This document shows, in pieces, positions 37,851 to 48,955 of a stretch of DNA of 64,000 bases. This DNA is from Amoebidium appalachense (taxonomy: Eukaryota > Protista > Ichthyosporea), in the NCBI GenBank assembly GCA_963693365.1, contig CAVNZM010000008.1:6954830-7018829 (forward strand), given 5' to 3'. The first letter of the stretch is position 1. Each line of letters opens with the position of its first letter. The translations under genes were made by a program, and so were the position numbers. The notes under the pieces were generated by a model. It had not been told where the DNA came from and made no database searches. It worked only from the letters and a program-made list of their open reading frames with translations.

Positions 37851-37880
37851 GGTGGGGCACCCTCGGGGAGATCCCGGCAG

Positions 37881-37924
<44 letters not shown>

Positions 37925-38313
37925 CAGGGCCCCGGGGGGTTAGAGTAGGGCAGCTGGGCCCGAGGGAGGGTTGCAGGGAGGGCAGCGGGGCCCTGTGCAG
38001 GGGATGCCCGAGCACGCGGGGGTGCGGGCGGACACAGAGTTAGAAGAAGGGGGTAAGGGAGTGCTAAGTGAGTGTAAGGGGGGGGAGGCTCGTGGGATGG
38101 GGGGGGGGAGTAAAATTATGTGCAGTGGCCAGAATAAACGTCTTTTTGTAGGGACATGTATTCTTGGCGCGCGCGGGCGCCGTAGTTGGCCTGCAAATTT
38201 TTTTACTCAGCCCTAGTGGCCTGTTCTCCCGAGCTCCGTTTCCTTGTACTCGTGTATCCTAGCTCCTAGCCCCTATGTTCTATCTGTGTGTGTGGCCGGG
38301 GTGTGCGCGTAGA

Positions 38314-39476
38314 CTAGGCATTGTGCTTACAGTCTTTGCGGGGGTGTGTGCGAGAGCAGAGCGGGTACACGTGGGAGAAGGGGCAGGGCTGCTTAGCGCA
38401 GGACCGACCGTTAATGTGGAAATTCCTGCAGTGCGTTGCGGGTAGATCCACGGGTCGGGCCGGTTTTGCCGGGCCGGGTTGCGGGCCAGGGCGGTTAGGG
38501 GTTTGACCCCCGCCGGGCTTGTGGGGCGGCTTGAAGCCATCAAGACGACGGCCGGGCTTGGGGTACATGGGACAGGCCGCGCTGGGGTGGTCGGGGAAGC
38601 CACAGCGCTGGCATGCGTCCGGGATGAGCAGAGTGGGTGGCAGGAGGAGATCCTGGTGGAGTTGGGCGAGCAGGTTGGGACACTCGATCGGAGCCCGACC
38701 CTGCTAGTGGGCAACTGTACGGGCGTACACGTCGTAGTTGTGGATCTGGGCCCACGGGTATCGGGTGCTGAGGCGAGTGATGTGCTGAGTCCAAAGTACG
38801 TCCTTGTCCGTGGGGAGGAAGAGGTGGTGCTTGGCGGCCATGTAATGGGCCCAAGCTTGGATCCAAATGACGAGGGAACGCAGGGGAACGGGTTTGTTAT
38901 TGCGAAAAGTCTCGATGCTGCCGTCGTCGGCCATGCGCAGCTGCTGACCTTTCTTGGATGGGGCCAGGAGGGCTGCGGGGGTGAACTTATACAGGTCGAC
39001 GAAGCGATTGGCGCGCAAATCAGCCAGCACATCCGCGGGGGGAAGAGGCAGTGTGCCTGGCTGAATGTCGCCAGTGTTCTCACCTGTAATGGGGGGCACG
39101 GGCAAGGCAGGTAGGTCCAGGTTGGCCGAGATGCAGCCCCGGGGAAACCTCCCCAGGTGCGGAGGGCGCGGCTGGGGGCGCGGGAGGGTCACGGTTGGTG
39201 AGAGCGGCCAGGACGCCGGCCATCTGGGTGCTGAGGGCGGTGAGGGCGGCAAGGACGGCGTCCTGAGAAGTCATCGTCGGGGACGGCGGGGCCTGAGGAG
39301 GGACTTCAGGGGTAGAGGGGAGAGTAGCCGGAGGGTCCGTGGGTGGTATGGGCCTCCGGAGGCGCGTCAGTGCCCGCGGGAGCGTTGGGCAGCCTGTTGC
39401 GGAGGTCGCTGCGGGTCAGGCGCTTAGGTGCCGCGGCAGGGGCGGTGGCTGAGGCCTGGCGCTTTTTCGGCGGCAT
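38314..39476 (-). pseudogene. Ngaro gag-like ORF1 with C-terminal zinc knuckles, disrupted
   Basis: MPPKKRQ start; FVDLYKF, WIQAWAHY and YPWAQIHNYD; CQRCGFPDHPSAAC (CCHC); CRNFH..C..PCPFSH..C..H..C. Internal stop at ~38704 plus frameshifts. Confidence 0.8.
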
Positions 39477-39506
39477 GCTGACCGGCGTAGGGAAAGATAG
39501 GGAGAA

Positions 39507-39852
39507 TGAAAAGAAAATATAGCTGTAAGAGCTGTAGTTGCTCAACACAGAAGATGTGTTCGTAGCTTGCTGATCTGCTAAAAACGTCGTGCTTATATAC
39601 CTAAGCCTACCGATCCAAACCAATCAAAATCGATCTAGTGATATGTGAAATCTGATCCGAGCCAATCAAAATCGGTCTAGTGATATGTGGAATCTGACGT
39701 TTTGATTGGCTAATAGGTTCCCGTGTGCGGCCAACCAACCGCGAACTGCTAAAACACGAAACGAAGCCTACATGGTTATGTTGATACCAAACACCCATCC
39801 TACGTGTTTACCCAGAAAAATATTTATGTCAATAAATTCCACAAATAAAACC
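39507..39852 (-). promoter_or_regulatory. Ngaro A terminal repeat with TATA-like and CCAAT boxes upstream of gag
   Basis: GTATATAAG on the minus strand (~39592-39600) and several CCAAT/ATTGG sites. A second copy lies at 9553-9902. Confidence 0.55.
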
Positions 39853-41165
39853 GCACTTCTCTATGCTGATGATCTGTCCCTCCTTGCCCGTACCCCTAGA
39901 CGCCTGCAAAGATTGTTCGATGTAGTGTCAGAGTGGTGCAAGGCAAACCTTATGATCCTTAACATAGACAAATGTGGTGTTCTTGTACCTGATATAGCTA
40001 ACAATTTACACACATTTACATTATCATCTAAACCTGTACCTATATTTCCAGGATACAAATATCTTGGTGTTCCTGTTAATTCTGTTGGTGTTATGTTTTC
40101 CCATATGGTCGAAAAGAGGGTAGAGTTGGTTCGTAAGCGGTTAGCTTTCTTCTCGGCTAATATTTTTAAAGACACACCCCTCCATCCTTCTATTAGACTT
40201 ACATTTATTCGCACTTTTGTCTTCCCGGCATGTGAATATGGTTTACCCCTTCTCGCTGCTTGGATCAAGAAAGAGAGAACTAGAGCGCTTAAACCCGGTC
40301 CTTGGCATATTTCCTTGAAGCAGAAGTTGCCTCCTTTCTATCTAACAACTGTTGTAAACCTGGGCCTGTAACGCTCTCGCTATATGGTCTGGTCCCAATA
40401 GCTGCTAGAGTATCCCATCTCGCGCTGAAATTCAATAAGCACATAAGCCGCTTAAAGAAGTATTTGCCCTCCCACCCTCAGGCTCTCTTCTCTATCCGAC
40501 CTGTTCCCTCCTCACCTCTCCCCTCTTTCCTTCCCTCTCTCTCCCCTTCTCCCCTGGGCACAAATACAAATAAACCCCGCAAAAGTGTGCGTGTGACTTT
40601 GGACTGCCACTTACTTATTAAACATGTACACAATCACAAGATAATCACGCAATATAACAAATGGAAAAAGATACCACACGACACTAGACCCGATGAAAGC
40701 AGACACCTTGAAAAACTAAGCCTTATGTCTCGTTTTATATATAATGACCGCCTCAACCATATTGCCAAATATGGCACTCGCAAATGTATAACACCTAAAT
40801 ACATATTACCTTCCTGTAAAACTGGTCTTTCTCTAGCTGATGGTTTTATTGATCAATTACCACGGCGTGCTTTTACTGTACACGTGCTATACAGTGGAGA
40901 TCTAATAAGTATAAGGTGGCATCGTTTGCATGCCCAAACAACACACACACACACACACCAGTTTAAACGGTCATGTATCGCCAAATGTAGTTTGATAGAC
41001 CACATAATACCGCAACACACACACGTCACATTCACAACAGACACCCAGAAAGATAGCCTACCTGTAAATTACAACATCCTTGATTTTATACTAAACATAC
41101 GTAACTACGACCTGTTTATTAGATGTATTGATTGGCTTGAGAAACACATCACTACAAAATTCTAG
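39853..41165 (+). mobile_element. Non-LTR retrotransposon (LINE) RT 3' fragment, frameshifted, interrupted by Ngaro copy 2
   Basis: ALLYADDLSLL..LQRLFDVVSEWC..LNIDKC..YKYLGV..FVFPACEYG, continuing in a second frame to the stop at 41165, followed by (CA)n. Confidence 0.85.
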
Positions 41166-41171
41166 CGCACG

Positions 41172-41288
<117 letters not shown>

Positions 41289-41321
41289 CCAGCTGATACC
41301 GATTGTCCCAGGGGAGCCCCC

Positions 41322-41342
<21 letters not shown>

Positions 41343-41352
<10 letters not shown>

Positions 41353-41560
41353 AAAAAAAAAAAAACGGGGAACCCCAACTAATTGATTTTTCTTAGTCTT
41401 TATGGTGTCTCGTAGAGAAAGTAAACCCTGAGATATAGTCATCACCCGACATCTATGTACGTACGTGATCATGATATACCTCTGAGGGGATATTCCGAGC
41501 AAAACCCCCCCATACCTGAGACTGGTCTCTCTTTGCCTCGAGCAAACAGCGTAAACCCCA
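41343..41560 (-). repeat. Inverted copy of the 2530-2765 repeat
   Basis: (A)nCGGGGAACCCCAACTAATT...AAACAGCGTAAACCCCA. Confidence 0.9.
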
Positions 41561-43067
41561 TATGCATATATATGCGCGATATCCAATTTTTAGATCACAA
41601 GGACTCAAATGTCCTGATTAGTACATGCGAATTATCAATATGTTTTTTTTTGCTTTGTTTGATTGCTTGGGTGCCACAGGTGCAGTGAATGGTGTCCGAC
41701 TCGACAGGGTAACTGCACAGCACAGTTCTTTGTTCTCATTTTTAGGACCAACACTCACTGAGGGTGCATGTGTGCTGTTCAAGGCACAGGGGACCCGGTG
41801 GTCTTGGCAGCGTCACACCAGGCTGGTTTGTGTTGCTGTCCGTCCAACACCGAGCTTTGAAGCCCAGTTGTCTTAGCTTAGCTTTCCATCAGATCTTGGC
41901 TCAGGAAAAACAACTGCGGCCCGGTTATTTAGCACACCATTTGAAGATTCTTGGACCGTTTTTCTCCCAATCAGATCAATGGCACAGATCATTTCACGGC
42001 CCTTTCTCTCCCAACCAGATCATTTCACGGCCCTTTCTCTCCCAATTAGATCAATCCACTGCCCTTTCTCTCGAACAATTTAACCAGATGATCACTCCCT
42101 AGGTTTTGATAAAAATTACATCAATGCACTGGCATCAATCCGAAAATAAATGTGATAAACAGGGGTGAAGCCTTTGGGATAGTTGGCAGATCTCGGTTTG
42201 ACGGGGTTATCAAGGCAGATATTGGGCTGCATTCTCTTTCTGCAACACCGCCCCGCAGGTCACAGGGCAAGAAAAAGGCCCCAGGCATCTGGGTTTGTAT
42301 TCATGCCTTTATTGAACACAGCCATCATTCGCATGTTTTTTTACCTGCAACATATACAACATCAGTGAGCTATTGAACACATTCGATTCGATTCTGTTGA
42401 TAGCCAAAAAGACCCATAGGTGCAGACAGCGTAGTTTCTATTCTTATGCAGGCATTTTGACTCAGTGTCTGCTTTGGGTGTCACAGTGCCTGGCCAACTG
42501 CTCATGCACGGCTAGCGCGCATGTGTGTGTGCGTCAGTGTGCGTGTTTTTGTGTGGTGTGTGCATACACAGGCTCATGTGTGTGTGCAGGTGTGGTGTGT
42601 GCGTACACACGGCGCTCATGCGTGTGTGCGCATGTGTGTGTACGTGGCACTGTGGCTGTCGGCATAGCTGGTTCTGTGTGATCAACCGCATGTAGACGGC
42701 TCTGTGTGTCAGTGTGCATGTGTGTGGCACGGTGCACTCATCAACCCAAAGATAGGAAGGTGTCAGCATGTCCATGTGACCGTATTGCGCATGGTTGCTG
42801 TGTTTTGTGGGTGTGGGTATGCCATGATGGTGTCCAGACACTGTGTGTGTATATGCAAATAAAGGTAGGGCTACTGATGTGCTACTAGTACACTGCACCC
42901 ATGACACCTTGCCTTCCTGCCCATGGCCACCTGCCTGTGTGCACCCAGGGCATGCCACCCTGCCACAACCACCATCACATGCAGCAGGGTCACCCCCACC
43001 ATGGCCCGGCCCACATGTGTGGCCTGCATGTGCCACAGTGGCTGGCCTTGGCCCCTCCATGCAGCCC

Positions 43068-44873
43068 TCAGCTGCTGCTGGTCGGCTGCAGCGCCAGCGG
43101 CTGTGCCACCTTGAACACACCTGCCCCATATGTTAGCACCACCCTTCCTTCCTGCCCCCCCAGGGCACGCACTGGTGACCAGGGCGGCCATGGCGTCAAA
43201 CAGGTGGGCCGTGGCTGCCGGGGCCTGGAACTGCAGGGTGCGTGTATCCTGCATGCCGCCCCAGGCAGAGCACTCAATCAGGAACGCTGCCCCCCACCCT
43301 GTCAGTGTGTGCGTGCAGGGCAGCTCCCCATGGCCCACCGGGACTGGCTCCTGCCACCTATGGCAGCCATTCCCCTTCCATGTATGGTATGCAAAACCCT
43401 GAGCTTTGCCCCCCTCCCCCCCATTTACGGCCAGCTCTCCCTTTCCTTATATGGCAGGCACGCACCCTTGATGCACTTGAGCACCAGCTCGGCCCTTGCC
43501 AGGCACCAGGCATCGCTGGCTGCTGGGGGCAGGGTGTAGGCCAGCAGCAGGGGCAGCAGCAGGGTGGTCACCCCCGTGCTGTGACGCCGTGGTCAGGATG
43601 TTGCGCAGGCCCCCCACAGCCGGTGACCGCTGGGGGGGAGGGGGGGAAGGGGGAGGAGATTAGTGGGTACAAATGGAACGAGGGGCAGGTGCCTTTTGTT
43701 CTCCCTGTGATTCTGGGTGTATGATAAACTGTGTGTGCGTTTGAATCTGTGCAGTATCCGATACCCATCAGCATGTGTGTTTTTGAAGTGCGAAAACTAT
43801 GTAGTATGAAGACAGTATCTACTGTGTGCATGCACTACCTATGGCACTACTGTGTGCATGCACTACCTGTGGCATCTACTGTATGCATGCACTACCTATG
43901 GCATTACTGTGTGCATGCACTACCTGCGGCATCTACTGTGTGCATGCACTACATATGGCACTACTGTGTGCATGCACTGTCTGTGGCATCTACTGTGTGC
44001 ATGCACTGCCTGTGACATCTACTGTGTGCATGCACTACCTGTGGCATCTACTGTGTGCATTGACTTACCACGAATCACGGCTAGTTTCAACTGCCACTTA
44101 TGAGAGCAGCCCATCATGATAGATTCGAGTCTTAAATCTAAACTCACAAACTCGCACCCCTAGCCTTAAACAAAATCATGTGTTTCATGGACTACCAAAT
44201 GCTCACCAGTCATGTTTCGCTTTTGCACCATGTGAACAAACCACTCCGATTATTGGCTAGTGGTCTTAGGTATCTGCTGCATGCAGGCCCATGGTTTGTG
44301 CATTCCCTGCAGCCTATAGCACACAGACATATGGGGCGGTGTGGCTGTGCACTGCGGGGTACCTGGGCCAGGGTTGTGGGGGCAGCACTGGGGTCTGTGA
44401 CGAGGTGGAAGACCACGTGGGTGCCGGGCAGGTTGCTGTGGCGGGTGATGTAGAAGTCCCCGGCCTGCATGGCCCCGACCTTGGCCCGGATGGCCTCCAG
44501 CTGCCTGCCGATGGGCTCAAAGTGCAGCTCGCTGGTGGCCTCGCACAGAGAAAGGAACCCACGACCAACAGGGTCAGTGTAGGGCGCAGTGCGGTCCACT
44601 AGCAGCACGTGCCCTGCATCAACGACGCCGTGGACGGCATGAGGCAACACTCAGCACATATGCCTCCCCCCCCCTCCCCCCCAAACACAAACACACACAA
44701 ACACACACACAATGAAAGAGATTCACACACATGGGTCCATACAAACACCGTGGACCACATGCACATACACACACATGAAAACACACAAGCACATTGAATG
44801 ACAGACACACACAAACACCGTGGACCACACACACACATACACACACACAGACACAGACACAGACACAGACACA

Positions 44874-44950
<77 letters not shown>

Positions 44951-47200
44951 ACACACAAACACACACACACACGAAGCAATTCAGACACAAACACACACCT
45001 GCACCTTACAGGTGGACACCCATTCACCCCAGCACGCACCTGTAATGGCTTGCGAGTACAGGGCCATGCGCATAAGGGCCGTGGCGTGGCTGCGGGTGGC
45101 AGCAGTGCCGCTGAGGGCCGTGAGAGGGTCCCCCACCCCCAGCTGCAGGTTGTGGCTGGTCTTGAGCTGCCCCAAATGTCAGCCTCCCCCCCACCCCCTC
45201 CCCACCCCTGTCAGCCCACATCCCCTCCACCCCCCCCCCCCCCTCCACCCCCCCCTCCCCGCCCCCCCCCCCCCCCCCCAGTCAGCCCCCTCCCCCTCCC
45301 CCCCTCCCCCTCCCAATCAGCCCCCCCTCTTCCCCCCTCTCCCCCCCAGGCCCAATCCGTGCATGCAGCCACCTGTGCGCCCAGGTGAATGGTGAAGCTC
45401 TCCTCTCGGCCCCCACCGCCCACATCACTCTCTGTCGATGCCTCCCTGCCTGCCCCATCCTCAGTACTGATACCCCCTCATACCCCCCAATGCAGCAGGG
45501 CACGCACTTGGAATCAGGGTGGCTGGTGGTGGCAGTGGGCCTGTGCCGTCTGGGCCGCTGCTTGACTGGGCCAGCACCCATGAGGCATACTCCTGGCGCT
45601 AAATATAGGTCAGCACATGCACGTGCACGGCCAGGCCAGGCCTCCATCCACCAACCCAGCCTGCAGCAAACAAACCCCACGGCACCAGACCACAAGAGCG
45701 AAACATGTGGGCCCCATCTTGGGACACCTCCATGTGTGTGTGCATGTCTCTGCCTGCATGTGCCAGGTGTGCACGTGCCCGCTTTGCAACTGCCTTGCCC
45801 CCCTTCCCCCTGTGTGTGGACATGCCTTCTATGCCTCCTCCTCCACTCGGCACGTGTAACATGACCCCCCCCCCCCACCTGTGCCTGCATGGCTGCCGAC
45901 CGCCTGCTCTCCCACTCAGCCCTCAGGGTGTGTCTCTCCTCGTCGTGCCGTGCCCTCAGTGCCTGCAGGTCAGCCTCACTGGCCCTGTGCCTCTGCAGCC
46001 ACCCAATCATCTCTCTTAGCTCGCCCTCGTGCTGGCTCTTGAGCTGCCCCAGGGCCTTGCGCTGCCCTCGTCCAATCTCACGCATGGCCCGATCTGGGGT
46101 AGGGGCATGTCATGGTGCGCACACAAAGACAAGTGCCTGAACAAACACAGACATCAAACAATGCACATGTCAGGCCATGCTGTTGGGTTCCCCATTCCCT
46201 TTCCCTACATGTCAAACCATCGCAAGCCTCCCCTCACCCAAAACACCGACCTGCAGCCAAAACGCACACAGCACTCACCCATATGACTACACATAAACAT
46301 AAACACGCACACAGCCCTTGCCCACATAAACATGAAGGCGCATACCCTCAACGCCACCTACACCAATTACACACATCACACTTAAGCACCCATTCACCCT
46401 TTCCACACTTTGCTGATAACAGAGCGTCCACCCACCCATACTTCCACTGTCAGCCCCCCCCCACCAAAAAAACGATTCACTAACACGGCAGATCACCCGC
46501 CACCTCCACATTCCCCTCCCCCCCCCCCCCCCCCCCCCACCCCCTCCCCCCCATCCAGCCCCCACCATATGTGGCCTCCAGCTGTGCCAGGGCGGCTGCA
46601 TGGGCCGAGTGGATCAGCTGGTGGTAGCCACTGGCCAGGCTGCTGTCTGCTGGCCCACTGGGCGCATACGTGCTGTGGCCTAGCCGGTAGGCCCCTGGGG
46701 GGGTGTTAGTGAGGGCTGACCGGCGCCATGATAGGAGGTGCACAGCCAAGCACGCACCTGCCCAGGCCCTTGCCAGCTGCAGCAGGTCGGCCCCTTCAGC
46801 AGCAACAGCGGCTGCACAGTCCCTGCGGCCCTGCATGCTGGCTGCTAGGTGGCTGCACAGCAGAGAGGCCTGAGGGGCACGTCAGCATCAGGGGGGGGGA
46901 GGGGGAAAGCGCACCACCCGGGAAAGAATGGAGAATGTTTCTGTATGGTAAACCACATAGCTGGCCTTCTCACACTGCCCGCTATATGGCTGCACACAGA
47001 GATTTGCTACTGTATCTTTGTGTGCCTTTTTTTGTGTGTGTGTGTCTCTGTGTGTGTGTGCCCGTGTGAACATGTGCCTTTGCGCATGGTGCAGATAAAT
47101 ATGTCTGGCCAAGCGGCGTGTTCGACGTGGGTATCTTCGTGTCTACGTGTCTGTGTGTCTGTGTGTGTATGTTGTCTCGTGTCTGTGTGTGTATGTGTAT

Positions 47201-47231
<31 letters not shown>

Positions 47232-47997
47232 CGCGCATGCTGTCTTGTGTGTTTGTGTGTGCATGTGTTGTCTTGTGTGTACGTTTGTGTGTGTGTGTGT
47301 GTGTATGTGTGTGTGTATTCGTGTGTGGGTGTGTGTGAGTTCGTGTGTGTGTGCATGTCTGTGTGCATGTGTGTGTGCTTGTGCGCATAAATAATTTGTG
47401 TAGGTGTGAACGTGTGTGTTGGTGTGTGTGTGTTACGGTGTGTGGGTGGGTGGAGTGTGTTAATGCATTGGCATAAAAGTGTTTGGGCACGGCACAAGCC
47501 TGCGTGAGTGTGTGCCCGTGTGCATAAGTGCTGCTTTGTGTATGTGTGACCGTGTGCGAAAGTGCTTGGTGCGTGTGGCTACCATGGTGGGGGCCAGGTG
47601 TGGGGGCAGGTTGTGTTCGTCCACGACCCTCCGGACAAAGTCCGCCACGTCCGTCTGCAGGGGCACACACAGCTGCAGCCGCACCTGTGCCCCCCCGCCC
47701 CAATAACCACACAGCCACCACCGGTAACCCCAACAGCCTCAGCCTCCCGCTTCCACTCGTCCTTGCCCTCCCTGCCCACCCCACGACCCTGTGTGGGCGC
47801 CCCTGTTTCATGCCCTCCCCGGCCCTGCCGTGTGCCCGATAACCCTCCTGTGTGTTTGCTGGTTCACAACCTGCTCAGCCCCCTGTCCGCCCCCTACACA
47901 ACCACCACGGCACCAGCACAGCCACGTCCAGCCTGACCCTCACCCGCACCTGGTGGTCGGCCACTTGGAAGGCCATAGTCACGGCAGTGGTGTCCAT
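43068..47997 (-). CDS. FERRY3: C12orf4/FERRY3 (DUF2362) homolog, multi-exon
   Basis: Exon peptides follow the order in human C12orf4: LQLCVPL, DLLQLARAWA, YHQLIHS, EESFTIHLGAQ|LKTSHNL, LYSQAITG.VLLVD, LHF, GDFYITRHSNL..HVVFHL, GLRNIL, LPLLL, WCLARAELVLKCIKG, RTLQF and VFKVAQPLAL..*. Some internal exon limits are approximate. Confidence 0.9.
43800..44060. repeat. Intronic minisatellite (GGCATCTACTGTGTGCATGCACTACCT-like, ~28-29 bp)
   Basis: About 9 copies in a FERRY3 intron. Confidence 0.9.
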
Positions 47998-48199
47998 GCT
48001 GCTGCCCAGCCAGGGCCATGCCCAGGGGCCTGCCCAGCGCCCACCCCGTGTGGCCTGCCGCTCTGCTGCGCCACACAAGAGCTATTGCGCTGGGCTGACA
48101 GCTCAGCGTAGGCAGCACGCAGCCACAGTGTGCACGCTTGTGTATGCTATGCTATGCTACTACCACCTACTGGGGTGGTGCCTCGTTTTCCTTCCTACC

Positions 48200-48600
48200 T
48201 CAGCAGAAATGTCTCGCTAGTAATGACAATGCTTATCTGTGTACGCAAAGTGACTGCCGGAAGAAGGAAGGCTGCGAAGAAAAAAGACTGCGGGCTGCGA
48301 AGAGAGAAGGAAAAATCGGCCGTCGGCGAGCCGATTTAGCTCAGAGATGGCGCGTGACACCGTCAATACATGTACACGGTGTCAGGCTATGCATATACTA
48401 CAGGTGGCTGCCACAGGCTGCCACACTTCCGGTGCACCGTTCGTACGCGCAGCACCCCACGGCCCCCGCTCCGCCATTGAGGGCCGGACTGGATTGGCCA
48501 GACACGCACCGTTTGCGCAATCATTACATCTGGCCAATCAGGAGGCAGATGTTCGGCCAAAATAGGCAAAAAAAGCAAAGCATTCTAGCCTTATATGGCA
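48200..48600. promoter_or_regulatory. Putative bidirectional promoter between FERRY3 (-) and ABCB8 (+)
   Basis: Head-to-head ATGs at 47997 and 48956. CpG-retaining segment with opposed CCAAT boxes (GATTGG ~48492, CCAATC ~48534). Confidence 0.5.
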
Positions 48601-48955
48601 TTTTGAGCCGTTGTTTACATTCCGATGCCCCTGACCTGACTGCAAGGCCTCGTCAGAGTAGGAGGCCTTGCCTGACGTCTGCCCCAAACCACGGGCCAAA
48701 CTCTGAGCAGAGCAGGCAGGCTGAGTGCAGCAGACTGTACGCAGCAAGCAAGACCCCAAGCACCACCTGACCTGCTACTGTCCTTTCACGCACCCTGTAG
48801 CTGCCGTGCGGCAGCCCCGCCAGCACGCACAGACCTATTCATCCTTAGCAGAGACCTCGCTGCAGCGGGCAGAGACATAGCCACTGTAGCACCAACAGCA
48901 TAGGCAGGCACACACACACCCGGGCACTGCCCCTGAGCGCAGCCACACAGCAAAT

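Larger units (their letters stand above)
35500..39852 (-). mobile_element. Ngaro element copy 2 (A1 repeat, gag, RT/RH, 3'-truncated YR), decayed
   Basis: A1 at ~39507-39852. Positions 35570-37130 closely match 10470-12035. Contains frameshifts and stops. Confidence 0.92.

Noticed and set aside
39706-40371. 221-aa ORF as a novel fusion protein
   Set aside because: It is chance read-through from the Ngaro A repeat into the interrupted LINE RT at 39852/39853.
48340-48435. YY1-like (AGATGGCG) and ETS-like (ACTTCCGG) sites in the bidirectional promoter
   Set aside because: Single short motifs are expected by chance, and the cognate factors may be absent.
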